A DNA stretch of 64,000 nt, from NCBI GenBank assembly GCA_034667725.1, contig JAXDQS010000001.1, positions 256,001 through 320,000 on the forward strand. Direction: 5' to 3'. The translations under genes and the position numbers were made by a program. The DNA comes from Thermoplasmata archaeon (GTDB lineage Archaea > Thermoplasmatota > E2 > JACPAO01 > JAHFTW01). Positions 35,540-45,284 of the stretch are shown here, piece by piece; the first letter of the stretch is position 1, and each line of letters begins with the position of its first letter. The notes below the pieces were generated by a model. That model saw only the letters and a program-made list of their open reading frames with translations. It was not told the DNA's origin and searched no databases.

Positions 35540-38077
35540 TCACCGCTTGCTGGCCACACGCCTATCGGGCACATTTTCAAAAATCATCTGCGCGTCCGTC
35601 GACGTGATTACCGTGTCGTAGAGGCCGATGTCCTCGTCCGCATGCTTGTTGATTCCGGTGTAGCTCAGGCTGGCGTCCTCGTAGCGCTTGAATTTGTACA
35701 CGGCATCATTCATCAGAGCGCTGTTAAAGACCCCAAGGCTGACTAGCAACTCGAAGTCCTTCACAGAGAGGCCGGTAACCTTCTTGAAGAGGCCTGGTTC
35801 GAGTTGCGTGATCACGTCTTTCAGGGATCGCTCTCGGTAGTCGGTCAGGTACATGAAAATCGGGATTCGCGTGGCGAATTTGATGAGCTTCTCCTGAATT
35901 TGACGACGCAGGCTCGTGTATTCCTTTTCCGCATCAGCGAGTTCCTTCTTTTTTGCGATGGGGAGCTCTTGGTCGTTCGCCTCCTTGCGGGCTTTCTTGA
36001 CGGCCCCGGACTTGTTAATGATGGTCTCGATGTCCTGGTTAAGGCTTCGGAAGCCCTCAATGTTCATCAGAGCGGCCATTGCTTTTTGGTCGTCTATCAG
36101 TCGACGCAGCGTGTTATTGTCGACGTTTACAAGCAATGCACTCTCCCAGCGTCGAGCCAGTAGCGTAGCTGTTGTGCCACTCATGGCCATGTCAAGGATG
36201 CCAGCGGCGTCAATCTGCTTCATCGAACTGCCGTCGAACGCAAGGACCGGTAGGAAATTGATGAATTCTTGGACCTTCTTTTCGGGGTTCGTCTCATAGA
36301 TGTTCAATCGGCAGCTGTAGTCCGCGATTTGCCGCAGCGCGCGATCTGGGGCGAAATCGAAGACATAGCACTCTTCCTTGATGACCTGTTCCTGGTTGGG
36401 CGACTCGCCGTCAGGGTTTCGCACCGTCCAAGGCGACTGTACTCTGAAGGCCGCCTGGAAGTACGTCTCCGGACTGGAACAGCTGCGGAGCATGAAAATG
36501 CCTGTCCATGGCTTAACGGTCACCCCAGTGGTAAGTTTTCCGCACGACAAAGTAATCGTTCGCGTCTTTAGGGGGTCGTCCATGGACTCAAGGACGGGGC
36601 CCAAGGCGTCCACCCCAATCCCCGCGGAGTTTCCAGCCGCCACAATGACCTTATAGTAATGGTAAGCTTTGTTCTGCCTCTTGGCCAGAAGGTTACGCAT
36701 TGCGTGGCAGGATGCGACGCTAGGCAGGAACCAAAACGTGTGCGTCAGCACGTTCAACAAACGAGTATCCGAGAATGGCAGCGGGGGCTTCTGTGCTCCA
36801 AGCTTCAGGTCGTCCATGTTGCTTGGGAGAAACGCCCCGCGAATGAGATCGAGCCACTTCTGCACTTCATTCTCGTACTTAAAATGCGCCTGATTTCCGA
36901 TTTTTTCGGCTGAAAAGAAGACGTTCAAGTCGAACTCGTTAAATTCTCCTTGGTGAGCAACTTCGCGAATAGCGTCGGGCAGCTGGTAGGTCAGGAGCAC
37001 CATGCGGGGCAATGAGGTGTACGGGTTGGACGCTTTCTTCCATTCCCTCTTTGCGCGTTGTTCGTCGGAGTAAGTCCAGTTGTAAATCTGTTCCTCGATG
37101 AATTCTCCCGACGCAATCGCTCTGAACGGGGTTCCGGACAGGTACAGGTAGGCACCAGTCGTGATGGGTAGAACTTCTTCGTCGAAGTCACGAATCCCCT
37201 GACCTTCGCCAAAGTCAATTTCTTTCTTGTCTTCTGCGTCAAACAGTTCACGCGCGTTCTCGCGCCATGCCCCGTAATGGTACTCGTCTAGGATGACGCA
37301 ATCCCATTTGGTCTCGTGAACCCACTCGTTCTTTGTCTTGATTCCCCCCGTGCTGGGGTTGCGTCCAAGGTAGTCTTGGAAGGAACCGAAACATACGATA
37401 GGTTTCATCTTGTCTGCTTCTTCGTAGGAGACTCCGCCTGGCGAGATGAACTGCCAGTCCCGGAAATCGACGTGCGACCTCAAATCCTCCTCCCAAGCAG
37501 CCTCCACGGCGGGCTTGAATGTGAGTACAAGGACACGCCGCCAATCCATGCGCTTGGCGAGTTGGTAGGACGCGAATGTCTTGCCGAAGCGCATCTTGGC
37601 ATTCCAGAGGAAGTGCGGTGGCCGGCCTTGTTTTTCTTTGTCTTTCTTCCAACTCGTGAAGTACGCTGCCGTTTTCTGAACAGCTTCCTCCTGTTCGGGG
37701 CGGAGCTTGAAGTCGAGGGAACGATTTTCCTCGTTGAGCCGGCCAGTCCGTAAGGCAATGATTGCGGCTTTGACTTGAACGACCGTGCAATGAAACCATT
37801 CGCCCTTCGGATTCTTGATGCCCTTGATGCGGAGCATCCTGTGAACGTCACGGTCGGTGAATGCGGATCCGTCGTTGCGCATGGCAGACTCTTCGAGCAG
37901 AATCTTGTAGGGAAGTTTCCCTGGCTTCAGGATAGGGTACTGCTGGCCAACCCGCGCTTGCGCGCTTACGGTCGTGTATCCAACCTTCAGGAGGCCAGCA
38001 TACTGAGGATTGGTATCTTCATACGCGTAGATGGTCGGCCTCGAGGCCGGCCGGGGCGGAAAGAAGTCCGCACTCAT
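35540..38077 (-). CDS. GIY-YIG/T5orf172 nuclease fused to SF2 helicase (restriction endonuclease subunit)
   Basis: IYAY...LLKVGYT...GEWF; LRPEQ, KMRFGKT, DEYH, LSGTP, QAAFRVQSP. Confidence 0.85.
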   Translation of the reverse strand: MSADFFPPRPASRPTIYAYEDTNPQYAGLLKVGYTTVSAQARVGQQYPILKPGKLPYKILLEESAMRNDGSAFTDRDVHRMLRIKGIKNPKGEWFHCTVVQVKAAIIALRTGRLNEENRSLDFKLRPEQEEAVQKTAAYFTSWKKDKEKQGRPPHFLWNAKMRFGKTFASYQLAKRMDWRRVLVLTFKPAVEAAWEEDLRSHVDFRDWQFISPGGVSYEEADKMKPIVCFGSFQDYLGRNPSTGGIKTKNEWVHETKWDCVILDEYHYGAWRENARELFDAEDKKEIDFGEGQGIRDFDEEVLPITTGAYLYLSGTPFRAIASGEFIEEQIYNWTYSDEQRAKREWKKASNPYTSLPRMVLLTYQLPDAIREVAHQGEFNEFDLNVFFSAEKIGNQAHFKYENEVQKWLDLIRGAFLPSNMDDLKLGAQKPPLPFSDTRLLNVLTHTFWFLPSVASCHAMRNLLAKRQNKAYHYYKVIVAAGNSAGIGVDALGPVLESMDDPLKTRTITLSCGKLTTGVTVKPWTGIFMLRSCSSPETYFQAAFRVQSPWTVRNPDGESPNQEQVIKEECYVFDFAPDRALRQIADYSCRLNIYETNPEKKVQEFINFLPVLAFDGSSMKQIDAAGILDMAMSGTTATLLARRWESALLVNVDNNTLRRLIDDQKAMAALMNIEGFRSLNQDIETIINKSGAVKKARKEANDQELPIAKKKELADAEKEYTSLRRQIQEKLIKFATRIPIFMYLTDYRERSLKDVITQLEPGLFKKVTGLSVKDFELLVSLGVFNSALMNDAVYKFKRYEDASLSYTGINKHADEDIGLYDTVITSTDAQMIFENVPDRRVASKR

Positions 38078-39615
38078 TCCTCGCCGCCGGTTGCGTTGTT
38101 TGCATCCATCGGACTGACGACCGATTCAATGAAGGCTGATTCCTCCTTTGTCAGGCCGTAGCGGTGGTAGAGGCCGTCGTCGGTCCATACGCGGTCGAGC
38201 GGAATGTCTGGCACGAAAGCGTAGACGTCCTTGGACGCATGCTGCGCCGCCTTTCGCAAGGAAACCAGGAATCGGACGAACCGCGTCCGCAGGTAGGCGG
38301 CATAGATCTCAGTCTCGCTTTTAGAGCTGAATCGGCCGGCCACGACGTACGTTTCGGTGCACGCTTCGCCTGGGCCGGCGACGATTGGATTGCTAAGGAA
38401 TTTTGTCTCAATCGCAGAACTCGTTCCTTGGACCGCCGTCATGAGTACTTTCCAGGCCAGGACCCATTCTTTGTTTTTCTCGACCTGCGAGTGGTCCACC
38501 CACGAGATGCGCTGCGAACCGTAAAGTTTAACGGGCTCGTCCAACCCCGCCGGGGAGTCTGCCCCGTGGAAGTTCGTCCGGAAGCCAAATGGCTTCTGGC
38601 TTGAGACCCGGCCATCCAGTGTTGGCTCAGGTTTTCCCTGCACGCGGAATGCACGAACCTTGTCAAGAATCGAAACAGCCTCATTTCTGCGAACCAAGAC
38701 ATCGTAGGAGTCCAGGCGGCGCTTCATGGGCGGTCCTAGAGGCTTACCATCCCACATCGTCTGAACGGTGCAAGGGCCCTCGTAATCACGGTCCCAGAAG
38801 AAGTAGGAAACACCTCCGCGAATCTTGACGCCAGGGAAACCGTCGTACAACTTGGGGTAGTCGACAAGATTGCGAAGACGGGATTCCTTCAGCATCCGCT
38901 CGCGGAACTCGTCCAAGCCCTTGCCCCCGGTGAACCAGCGCGAGGGCGTGATCATGACAATGTAGCGGGGGTTCAGGTTGATGGCGCTCTCAACGAATTT
39001 TTGGTAGATCGGTGCAGCGCTTGCACCATGGCCCCCGTCACTGATTTGGTATGGCGGGTTGCCAATCACAACATCGAACTTCATGGGAAAAATGTCCTCC
39101 GGGGCGTCTGTGTGAATGAATTCATAGGCGTAAGTCTCCAACTCAGGCCCACGCGCGAAATCTTCCTTCGTCGCGGGGCAGTAGATGCACGAGCCATCCT
39201 TCCAGGCATGCTCGATGCGTTCGAACCGGATGTTGCCATTTGCATCGGTGAACTGGTCGCAAGCCGAGTACTTTCCGTTGGCGGCCTTCGAGCAGTACAG
39301 GGATCGCCGTGACAGCTGCGCCGTCAGGTCCGTAGTGGCAATGCCAAAAAGCTGCTCCGTGAAGATGTGGTTCAGCCGCTCCTGACGGTTCATGATTTGG
39401 GACTCCAGTCCCTGGTCCAATCGCTTGGCAATTTCGCGGAGGAACACGCCTGACTTGCAGCCTGGGTCAAGGAAAGAGGCCTTCTCGTCGCTCCACAGCT
39501 GCTTCGGCAGCAAGTCGAGCATGTGATTCGCCACGGACGGTGGCGTGAAGACTTCGTCACTGCTCAGATTTGCGAGACAGGTAAGAACATCAGGATTGTA
39601 CTCATCACTTGTCAA
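38074..39615 (-). CDS. Eco57I-like N6-adenine DNA methyltransferase
   Basis: DEVFTP, FLDPGCKSGVFL (motif I), DVVIGNPPY (motif IV), C-terminal target-recognition region. Confidence 0.88.
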   Translation of the reverse strand: MTSDEYNPDVLTCLANLSSDEVFTPPSVANHMLDLLPKQLWSDEKASFLDPGCKSGVFLREIAKRLDQGLESQIMNRQERLNHIFTEQLFGIATTDLTAQLSRRSLYCSKAANGKYSACDQFTDANGNIRFERIEHAWKDGSCIYCPATKEDFARGPELETYAYEFIHTDAPEDIFPMKFDVVIGNPPYQISDGGHGASAAPIYQKFVESAINLNPRYIVMITPSRWFTGGKGLDEFRERMLKESRLRNLVDYPKLYDGFPGVKIRGGVSYFFWDRDYEGPCTVQTMWDGKPLGPPMKRRLDSYDVLVRRNEAVSILDKVRAFRVQGKPEPTLDGRVSSQKPFGFRTNFHGADSPAGLDEPVKLYGSQRISWVDHSQVEKNKEWVLAWKVLMTAVQGTSSAIETKFLSNPIVAGPGEACTETYVVAGRFSSKSETEIYAAYLRTRFVRFLVSLRKAAQHASKDVYAFVPDIPLDRVWTDDGLYHRYGLTKEESAFIESVVSPMDANNATGGEE

Positions 39616-40258
39616 GCGTTGCCACCTGCAGGAAGTGCTTCACCGGGAATTCTTTGAGCGGGGTAGGAATGAAAACGCGCTGGCCGAAGTCAGAGAGGAG
39701 GGGCTGTTCCTTCTGTGAGGTGCATGCCAGCAGCCCACCGAACGTATAGTCGCGGCGTTTCAGCATGCTACCATTCACGGGGGACCACTCGGAAAACACA
39801 ATGGGTTTCGGTTGAGGCTCTACCGTCATGAGGGTGAGTGCATCACCTTGGATGATGTTGCTGCTCAGGAGATATCGAACGGTTTCTCGAACAGTGTCCC
39901 GCGCGGCGCGCTGGAACAGCCGCGAGTACTCTCGGTTGAAGGTGTGGAACAACAAGCTCCGGCATTCCAGGACACTGTCTTCCAGGATGTCGATGCCGTA
40001 CATGCTTGATACAGCAAGCACGGCGTATCGTTCGTAGTCAAGTTGGCTGCCGCGGTAGCGGCTTTCGACAATGCGCAGCTTGCGCTCAAGGATTTCAGTA
40101 AGAAAATTTCCGGTACCACACGCCGGTTCGAGGAACCGCGATTCGATTCGCTCGGTTTCTTGAGAGACCAAGTCCAGCATCGCGTGAACCTCACGCTTAC
40201 TGGTAAGGACTTCGCCATGATCCACAACGCGCTGCTTTGATACAATCTGCTTGTCCAT
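39605..40258 (-). CDS. Short SAM-binding methyltransferase-like subunit
   Basis: DHGEVLT, FLEPACGTGNFL, YGIDI, NIIQGDAL; no NPPY motif. Confidence 0.8.
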   Translation of the reverse strand: MDKQIVSKQRVVDHGEVLTSKREVHAMLDLVSQETERIESRFLEPACGTGNFLTEILERKLRIVESRYRGSQLDYERYAVLAVSSMYGIDILEDSVLECRSLLFHTFNREYSRLFQRAARDTVRETVRYLLSSNIIQGDALTLMTVEPQPKPIVFSEWSPVNGSMLKRRDYTFGGLLACTSQKEQPLLSDFGQRVFIPTPLKEFPVKHFLQVATLDK

Positions 40259-40261
40259 CGG

Positions 40262-41173
40262 CTACTCCGGTGGCGCTAGGAAGTGGACTGGCTTCAAAGG
40301 CATGCGGCGACGAGTTTCGTTATCCAGCTTGGTGTAGTATTCAACCCAAAGAGCGAAGAGGCGCCGCATGTCGATGAGCGTAATCTGGTGCTGCGCCTCC
40401 CGACGGACGAAGTCCTCAGCATCCTTGCTGAAGCCGCCCGTGCAAACGAAGATGCCTACGTCGCGGTCCTTTAGGATTCCGTGGAAGGAGCGGACTTCCG
40501 TGGCACCGACACCGCTTTCCTGTCGCTTGGCCTGCACCTTGATGCGAGGGTCCTTGGTCCCGAGTGGGTCGTTGAAGGCGACGATGTCAGCGCCGCCATC
40601 CTTGCCCGGCGGTGCAATCCATCCAACGAAGTAGCCCATGCCCTCGATGAGGCCGGCCACCATCTTCTGGAAATCGAATGGCGGCATCTTCTCGAGGAAC
40701 GTGGCAACCTCACTCCACGAATCGTCGGACGCCCGTTCGAACGTAACAGTTAAGTTCCGAGAGCTTTGTTCGACCGCTTCTTCGGTCAATTGCGTTTCAG
40801 GGGCAGCGGCGGCTTGCAAGGGTTCCGGCTGGGCGTTGCTCCAAGCTTGGTAAAGCCGTTTGGCTTCCCGGTAGAAGTTGCTGTAATGGGGGAATTGCTT
40901 CAGTGCATCAACACCGGCCGGGGTCACCGACCAAATGCCCTTATCTTTAATCATCCAGCCCGCCTTTGTTGCGTCAACCGTGGCAAAGCGTACAATCTGG
41001 TCGAACCTGCGCGGGCCACTGTCGTAGTTGCCGGCTTCGTATTCGTTAAGTTTGACGGTTTTGGCCAACTCCGAAAGGGCTTGCTTAGCGGGAATTCCCG
41101 TGGGGTGAGACTGCAATATCCCGAACAGCTTTCGCAGGAATTCGCCGGTGCGTTCATTGTTGACGTTCGACAT
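40262..41173 (-). CDS. mrr: Mrr-family (type IV) restriction endonuclease
   Basis: Mrr_N (RFA....KAGW...KG.W..T..G) and Mrr_cat (DGGADI...VQAKR). Confidence 0.88.
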   Translation of the reverse strand: MSNVNNERTGEFLRKLFGILQSHPTGIPAKQALSELAKTVKLNEYEAGNYDSGPRRFDQIVRFATVDATKAGWMIKDKGIWSVTPAGVDALKQFPHYSNFYREAKRLYQAWSNAQPEPLQAAAAPETQLTEEAVEQSSRNLTVTFERASDDSWSEVATFLEKMPPFDFQKMVAGLIEGMGYFVGWIAPPGKDGGADIVAFNDPLGTKDPRIKVQAKRQESGVGATEVRSFHGILKDRDVGIFVCTGGFSKDAEDFVRREAQHQITLIDMRRLFALWVEYYTKLDNETRRRMPLKPVHFLAPPE

Positions 41174-41300
41174 GATTCAGCCCCCACCCCGGGCACAGAA
41201 TCCTGTAGTCGCAGAACCGGCACCCGAAGTTGTCTGGCGTCTCTGGGGACGCACCCTCGCGGAGGTCTTCAACCGTCCGCCTCAGCCTTTTCTGACGGCC
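41154..41300 (-). pseudogene. C-terminal remnant of a PD-(D/E)XK RecB/AddB-type nuclease
   Basis: RLRRTVEDLREG..PETP....CRFCDYRILCP, the 3-Cys C-terminal motif of that family; overlaps the mrr start; no upstream body. Confidence 0.55.
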
Positions 41301-41549
41301 ACTCCGACCCCCCGTCAGTGAACTGCCCCAAGGGGGGACGCGCAGGATGGTCCCAAGCAGTGCGTCGCACATAACAGTACAAGCTGCCGGCTTTCACCTT
41401 GCGTTCTTGCCCTTCTTTTTAAGGCCAGACGTAAAGAGGGAATCTGGAAGCTGTAAGCCGAGAGCCTTCGCCAAGCTGGGCCACGAAGAACCCTGAACCG
41501 TCAAGGGCCGGCAAACCCGGACGGCGCATTTCCCTCCTGTTGTTGTAAG

Positions 41550-41623
41550 TGGGCCTGACCAGATTCGAACTGGTGATCTCATCCGTGTGAAGGATACGTC
41601 ATAACCGACTAGACCACAGGCCC
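41550..41623 (-). tRNA. tRNA-Val(CAC)
   Basis: GGGCCTG/CAGGCCC acceptor stem, TATCC-TTCACAC-GGATG anticodon arm, TTCGAAT T-loop, discriminator A, no encoded CCA. Confidence 0.95.
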
Positions 41624-41704
41624 GGTTGTCGGCGCCCCGGGGGGGCGACGGCGCTGCGACCCTAGGGTCGGTTATGAGGGTTGCTCACCCCTTCACGCCT
41701 CGCG

Positions 41705-42538
41705 CTACCGGCTCTCCCAGGGCAGCCCGCTGGGGGCGTCCAGCAGGACGGTGGGGGTGTCGTCCGATTCGGCTTCCCGCCGGGCTTCGGCCAAGGCGGC
41801 CTCTGCTTCGCGGCGTGCCTCGGGATCAACGCGGGCGCGGCGCAATGCGAGACCGGCCAGTCCGGCCAGCATCAAGGCGAGGCCGACGAGGAAGGCAAGG
41901 AGCAGCAGGCCTTCGCTGAAGCCGCGGAAGGTCTCCGGGTCGGCCAGGCCGAGGAGGGTGGTGAGCACGCCGGCGCCGAGCGGGACGAGGAGGCCGAGGG
42001 CGATGCAGCGGCCGGCCCAGCCTGGGCGGGGCGGCGGGGCTGATGGGCGCGGGGCTTCGGGTTCAAGCGCAGGCTCCGGCGCCACGGCTTCTGCCGGCAG
42101 GAGGGCCGGCCGGTCTTGGAACGAGTGGTAGAGCGCCCAGCCGCCGCCGGCCGCCACCACGGCGACGAGGTAGGCGACCTCGAAGTCCCAGACGATGGCG
42201 CGCGCCGACGACTGGGTCCAGAGCGCGAACAGCAGCAGCGGGACGGCGAGCTGGAACCCGAGCTTGGCCAAGGCGACGCCGTCCTTGCGGCGCCGCTGCT
42301 GCCGGGCCGCGGGCGCTTCGTCTTTGCGGAGCCGCCACAGGGCGTTGGCCCAGACGCTGGCGGCCACGAGGGCGACGGCCAGGGCGATCCAGGGTTCGGG
42401 GCCTTCGGTGAACAGCCAACGGTCGGCGTCCTGCCAGTCGTAGACGTCGGAGCCCTTGGCGCGCGGCGGCCGCAGGTAGGCCACGAAGGCGCCGCCGGCA
42501 AGCAGCGCGGTGAGCCGGGCCGGTTGGCGGGCGTTCAC
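41705..42538 (-). CDS. Multi-pass membrane protein, unknown function
   Basis: GTG start overlaps the mutase TAG; about 6 hydrophobic helices. Confidence 0.6.
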   Translation of the reverse strand: MNARQPARLTALLAGGAFVAYLRPPRAKGSDVYDWQDADRWLFTEGPEPWIALAVALVAASVWANALWRLRKDEAPAARQQRRRKDGVALAKLGFQLAVPLLLFALWTQSSARAIVWDFEVAYLVAVVAAGGGWALYHSFQDRPALLPAEAVAPEPALEPEAPRPSAPPPRPGWAGRCIALGLLVPLGAGVLTTLLGLADPETFRGFSEGLLLLAFLVGLALMLAGLAGLALRRARVDPEARREAEAALAEARREAESDDTPTVLLDAPSGLPWESR

Positions 42539-44241
42539 TAGAACACCGCGGGCTCGCGGTACTCGCCATGCACGTCCACCATGGCTTGGCGGATTTCGCC
42601 GAGGGTGCAGTAGGCGCGGCTGGCGTCCAGCAGCAGCGGCATGAAGTTGGGGCGCTCGGGCGTGCCGTCGAGGTCGCAGGCCTCGCGCAGCCGGTCGAGG
42701 GCGGCCTCGACCTTCTTCGGGTCGCGCTTGGCCTTGAGCTCGCGCAGCTCGCGCAGTTGGCGGGCCTCGAGCTCGTCGTCGACCCGCAGGATGTCCTCGT
42801 AGGGCGGCTCCGCGATGCGGTAGTCGTTGACGCCGACGATGACGCGCTCGCCGCGCTCGATGTCGCGCTGCTGCTTGAACGCCGCGTCCGCGATCTCGCG
42901 CTGGAAGAAGCCGTTCTCGATGCCGCGCACGACGCCGCCCATCTTCTCGATGCGGCGGAAGTAGTCGTTGGCCTGCTCCTCCATCTGCGTCGTGAGCGTC
43001 TCCAGGTAGTAGCTGCCGCCGAGCGGGTCGATGGTGTTGACGACGCCGGACTCGTGCGCGATGATCTGCTGGGTGCGCAAGGCGATGCGGACCGCCTTCT
43101 CGGTGGGCAGGGCGAGCGCCTCGTCGAACGAGTTGGTGTGCAGGCTCTGGGTGCCGCCGAGCACGGCTGCGAGGGCTTGCAGGGCGACGCGGACGATGTT
43201 GTTCTCCGGCTGCTCGCGGGTGCACGACACGCCTGCGGTCTGGGTGTGGAACCGCAGGAGCAGGCTGCGCGGGTCCTTGGCGCCTTGGTCGCGCATGAAC
43301 TTGGCCCAGATGCGGCGGGCGGCGCGGTACTTCGCGATCTCCTCGAAGAAGTCGTTGTGCGCGTTGAAGAAGAACGACAGCCGCGGCGAGAACGAGTCGA
43401 TGGGAAGGCCGCGCCCGACGCCGCGCCGGACGTACTCCATCCCGTTGGCGAGCGTGAAGGCCAGCTCCTGGACTGCGGTGCTGCCGGCCTCGCGGATGTG
43501 GTAGCCCGAGATGCTCACCGTGTTGAAGCGCGGCGCGTGCGCGCTGCCCCACTCGAAGGTGTCCAGCACGAGGCCTAGGCTGGGCTCGGGCGGGAAGATG
43601 AACATCTTCTGGGCCTGGTACTCCTTCAGAATGTCGTTCTGGATGGTGCCCGACACCTGGTCGAACGGGACCCCTTGCTGCTGCGCGGCGCCGAGGAAGA
43701 ACGCCCACACGATGGGCGCCGGGCCGTTGATGGTCATCGACACCGACACGTCCTGCAACGGAATCCCCGAGAACAGCGTCTCCATGTCCCGCTGGGTGTC
43801 GATGGCCACGCCGACCTTGCCCACCTCGCCCTGGCTGAACTCATGGTCCGAGTCGAAGCCCTGCAACGTCGGGAAGTCGAACGCCGTCGAGAGGCCCGTC
43901 GTGCCCTGCGCCAAGAGGAACTTGAAGCGCTCGTTGGTCTCGCGCGCCGTCCCGAAGCCCGCGAACTGCCGCATCGTCCACAGCCGCCCACGGTACATCG
44001 TCGGCTGCACGCCGCGCGTGTACGGGAACTCGCCGGGGAAGCCCAGGTCGCGCTCCGCGTCGAACCCCACCCGCTCCAGGTCGTGCCGGTCGTAGAGCCG
44101 CTCCACCTTCTGGTGGCCCAGCGTCGTGAACTCGCGCCGCCGCTCGGGTGCCTTCTCCAGCGCCTTGCGGAGCGTGCCCTGCTCCCAACGGTCGCGGGCA
44201 GTGCCCAGGACCGCCTCCGGCTTGGCGTTCGGCGGCGACAT
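42538..44241 (-). CDS. Methylmalonyl-CoA mutase family, catalytic (N-terminal) subunit
   Basis: PGEFPYTRG, WTMRQFAGFG, GTIQNDILKEY, ISGYHIREAG, GGTQSLHTN; B12-binding domain absent (split form). Confidence 0.93.
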   Translation of the reverse strand: MSPPNAKPEAVLGTARDRWEQGTLRKALEKAPERRREFTTLGHQKVERLYDRHDLERVGFDAERDLGFPGEFPYTRGVQPTMYRGRLWTMRQFAGFGTARETNERFKFLLAQGTTGLSTAFDFPTLQGFDSDHEFSQGEVGKVGVAIDTQRDMETLFSGIPLQDVSVSMTINGPAPIVWAFFLGAAQQQGVPFDQVSGTIQNDILKEYQAQKMFIFPPEPSLGLVLDTFEWGSAHAPRFNTVSISGYHIREAGSTAVQELAFTLANGMEYVRRGVGRGLPIDSFSPRLSFFFNAHNDFFEEIAKYRAARRIWAKFMRDQGAKDPRSLLLRFHTQTAGVSCTREQPENNIVRVALQALAAVLGGTQSLHTNSFDEALALPTEKAVRIALRTQQIIAHESGVVNTIDPLGGSYYLETLTTQMEEQANDYFRRIEKMGGVVRGIENGFFQREIADAAFKQQRDIERGERVIVGVNDYRIAEPPYEDILRVDDELEARQLRELRELKAKRDPKKVEAALDRLREACDLDGTPERPNFMPLLLDASRAYCTLGEIRQAMVDVHGEYREPAVF

Positions 44242-44411
44242 GCCTCAAGGCAGGTTGAGCCGGGGCATGAAGGTGACGCCGGCCGCCAGGTTAAAGCCGT
44301 CCCGCGAAAGGCCTGCGGCCGACCCTACATCAACAGCGTGGACGGCCACCCGGCCAGCCGACCAAGCACGCCACGGACCTCAAGGTCGACTTCGTGCCCC
44401 GGGCCTGAGGC

Positions 44412-45254
44412 TCACTGCATCCGCCGCCGCGCCAGCACCGCAGCCACCGCCACGGCCATCCCCGCCATCGGGGCTGGCAGCACGCGCCCGATCTCGTTCT
44501 CCTCGTGGTCGGCCTCCATCAGGTCCTGCCATTGCTCGGGCGCCAACCTGGCTTTCGTGTCCTGCAGCAACCGCACGCTTGCCTCCAAGGCCAAGCGGTG
44601 CGCGGCGTCGTATTTCGTCCCGTTCGCGGAGGGGAGGTCCGACTCTGCGTTTCCGCCCGGCTCGTCCTTGGCGTAGGCGTCGTGCGGGTACGGGTCGCCA
44701 GGCGGCCTCCCCGGCTCGTCGGTGTTCGGGAGGAAGCCCGTCAGCCGCAGCCCGGCCGGCGCCGCCGTCGAGCCGTTACCCAGCAGGGCCTCCAGCAGGG
44801 CGGCCTGGTGCGCTGGCGCCAGGTCGACGGCGTTGGAGTGCGAGACGCAGTCTTGGACGGCGTGCAGGGCGCGGCCGAGCGCCTCGAGCGCGTCGTCGGG
44901 GCTGCCCTCGTACGCTTCGTGCGCCAACCTCGCGCGCTGCTCGCGGACGTAGCGCGCGGCCTCCTCGAACGCGGTGGCGTCGTCGGTGGGCGGCACGCGG
45001 TCGCAGTGGTGGCCTGGCCGGTAGTCGCTGGTGGCGTCCATGCGCCGGATGTGGTCGGCGTGCGGCTCCAGCTCGGAGTCGTCGAGGTCGGGCTCGAACA
45101 CGGCGTCCAGCAGCTCGTCGGGGTCGGTCCAGCCCACCTGTTCGGCGGCGGCGCGGGTGATGATGCCGTGCGGCGAGCCGGCGCCGTCGATGGCCGTGAA
45201 GGCCGCGGCCGCGGGCAGCAGCAACAGCGCGAAGACCGCGGCGATCCGGCCCAT
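44412..45254 (-). CDS. Secreted zinc-dependent phospholipase C / HET-C-like protein with C-terminal anchor
   Basis: Signal peptide; HGIIT, HHCD, LGRALHAVQDCVSHSN; PAP-TM-RRR tail. Confidence 0.65.
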   Translation of the reverse strand: MGRIAAVFALLLLPAAAAFTAIDGAGSPHGIITRAAAEQVGWTDPDELLDAVFEPDLDDSELEPHADHIRRMDATSDYRPGHHCDRVPPTDDATAFEEAARYVREQRARLAHEAYEGSPDDALEALGRALHAVQDCVSHSNAVDLAPAHQAALLEALLGNGSTAAPAGLRLTGFLPNTDEPGRPPGDPYPHDAYAKDEPGGNAESDLPSANGTKYDAAHRLALEASVRLLQDTKARLAPEQWQDLMEADHEENEIGRVLPAPMAGMAVAVAAVLARRRMQ

Positions 45255-45284
45255 GGCGAAAGCTCGGCGGCGAAGGCACATAAG

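Larger units (their letters stand above)
35243..41566. mobile_element. Integrated restriction/defence island at tRNA-Val
   Basis: Direct repeat AAGTGGGCCTGAC(TG/CA)GATTC at 35243-35262 and 41547-41566 (18/20 identical; overlaps the tRNA 3' end); abrupt drop in GC and different codon usage inside. Confidence 0.85.

Noticed and set aside
41394-41582. SSV-type split integrase fragment overlapping tRNA-Val
   Set aside because: 62-aa ORF with no tyrosine-recombinase residues recognisable.
41600-41678. 10-nt complementarity between the tRNA-Val D-arm (GTCGGTTATG) and upstream sequence
   Set aside because: Short, and probably overlaps the promoter region upstream of the transcription start; may be chance.
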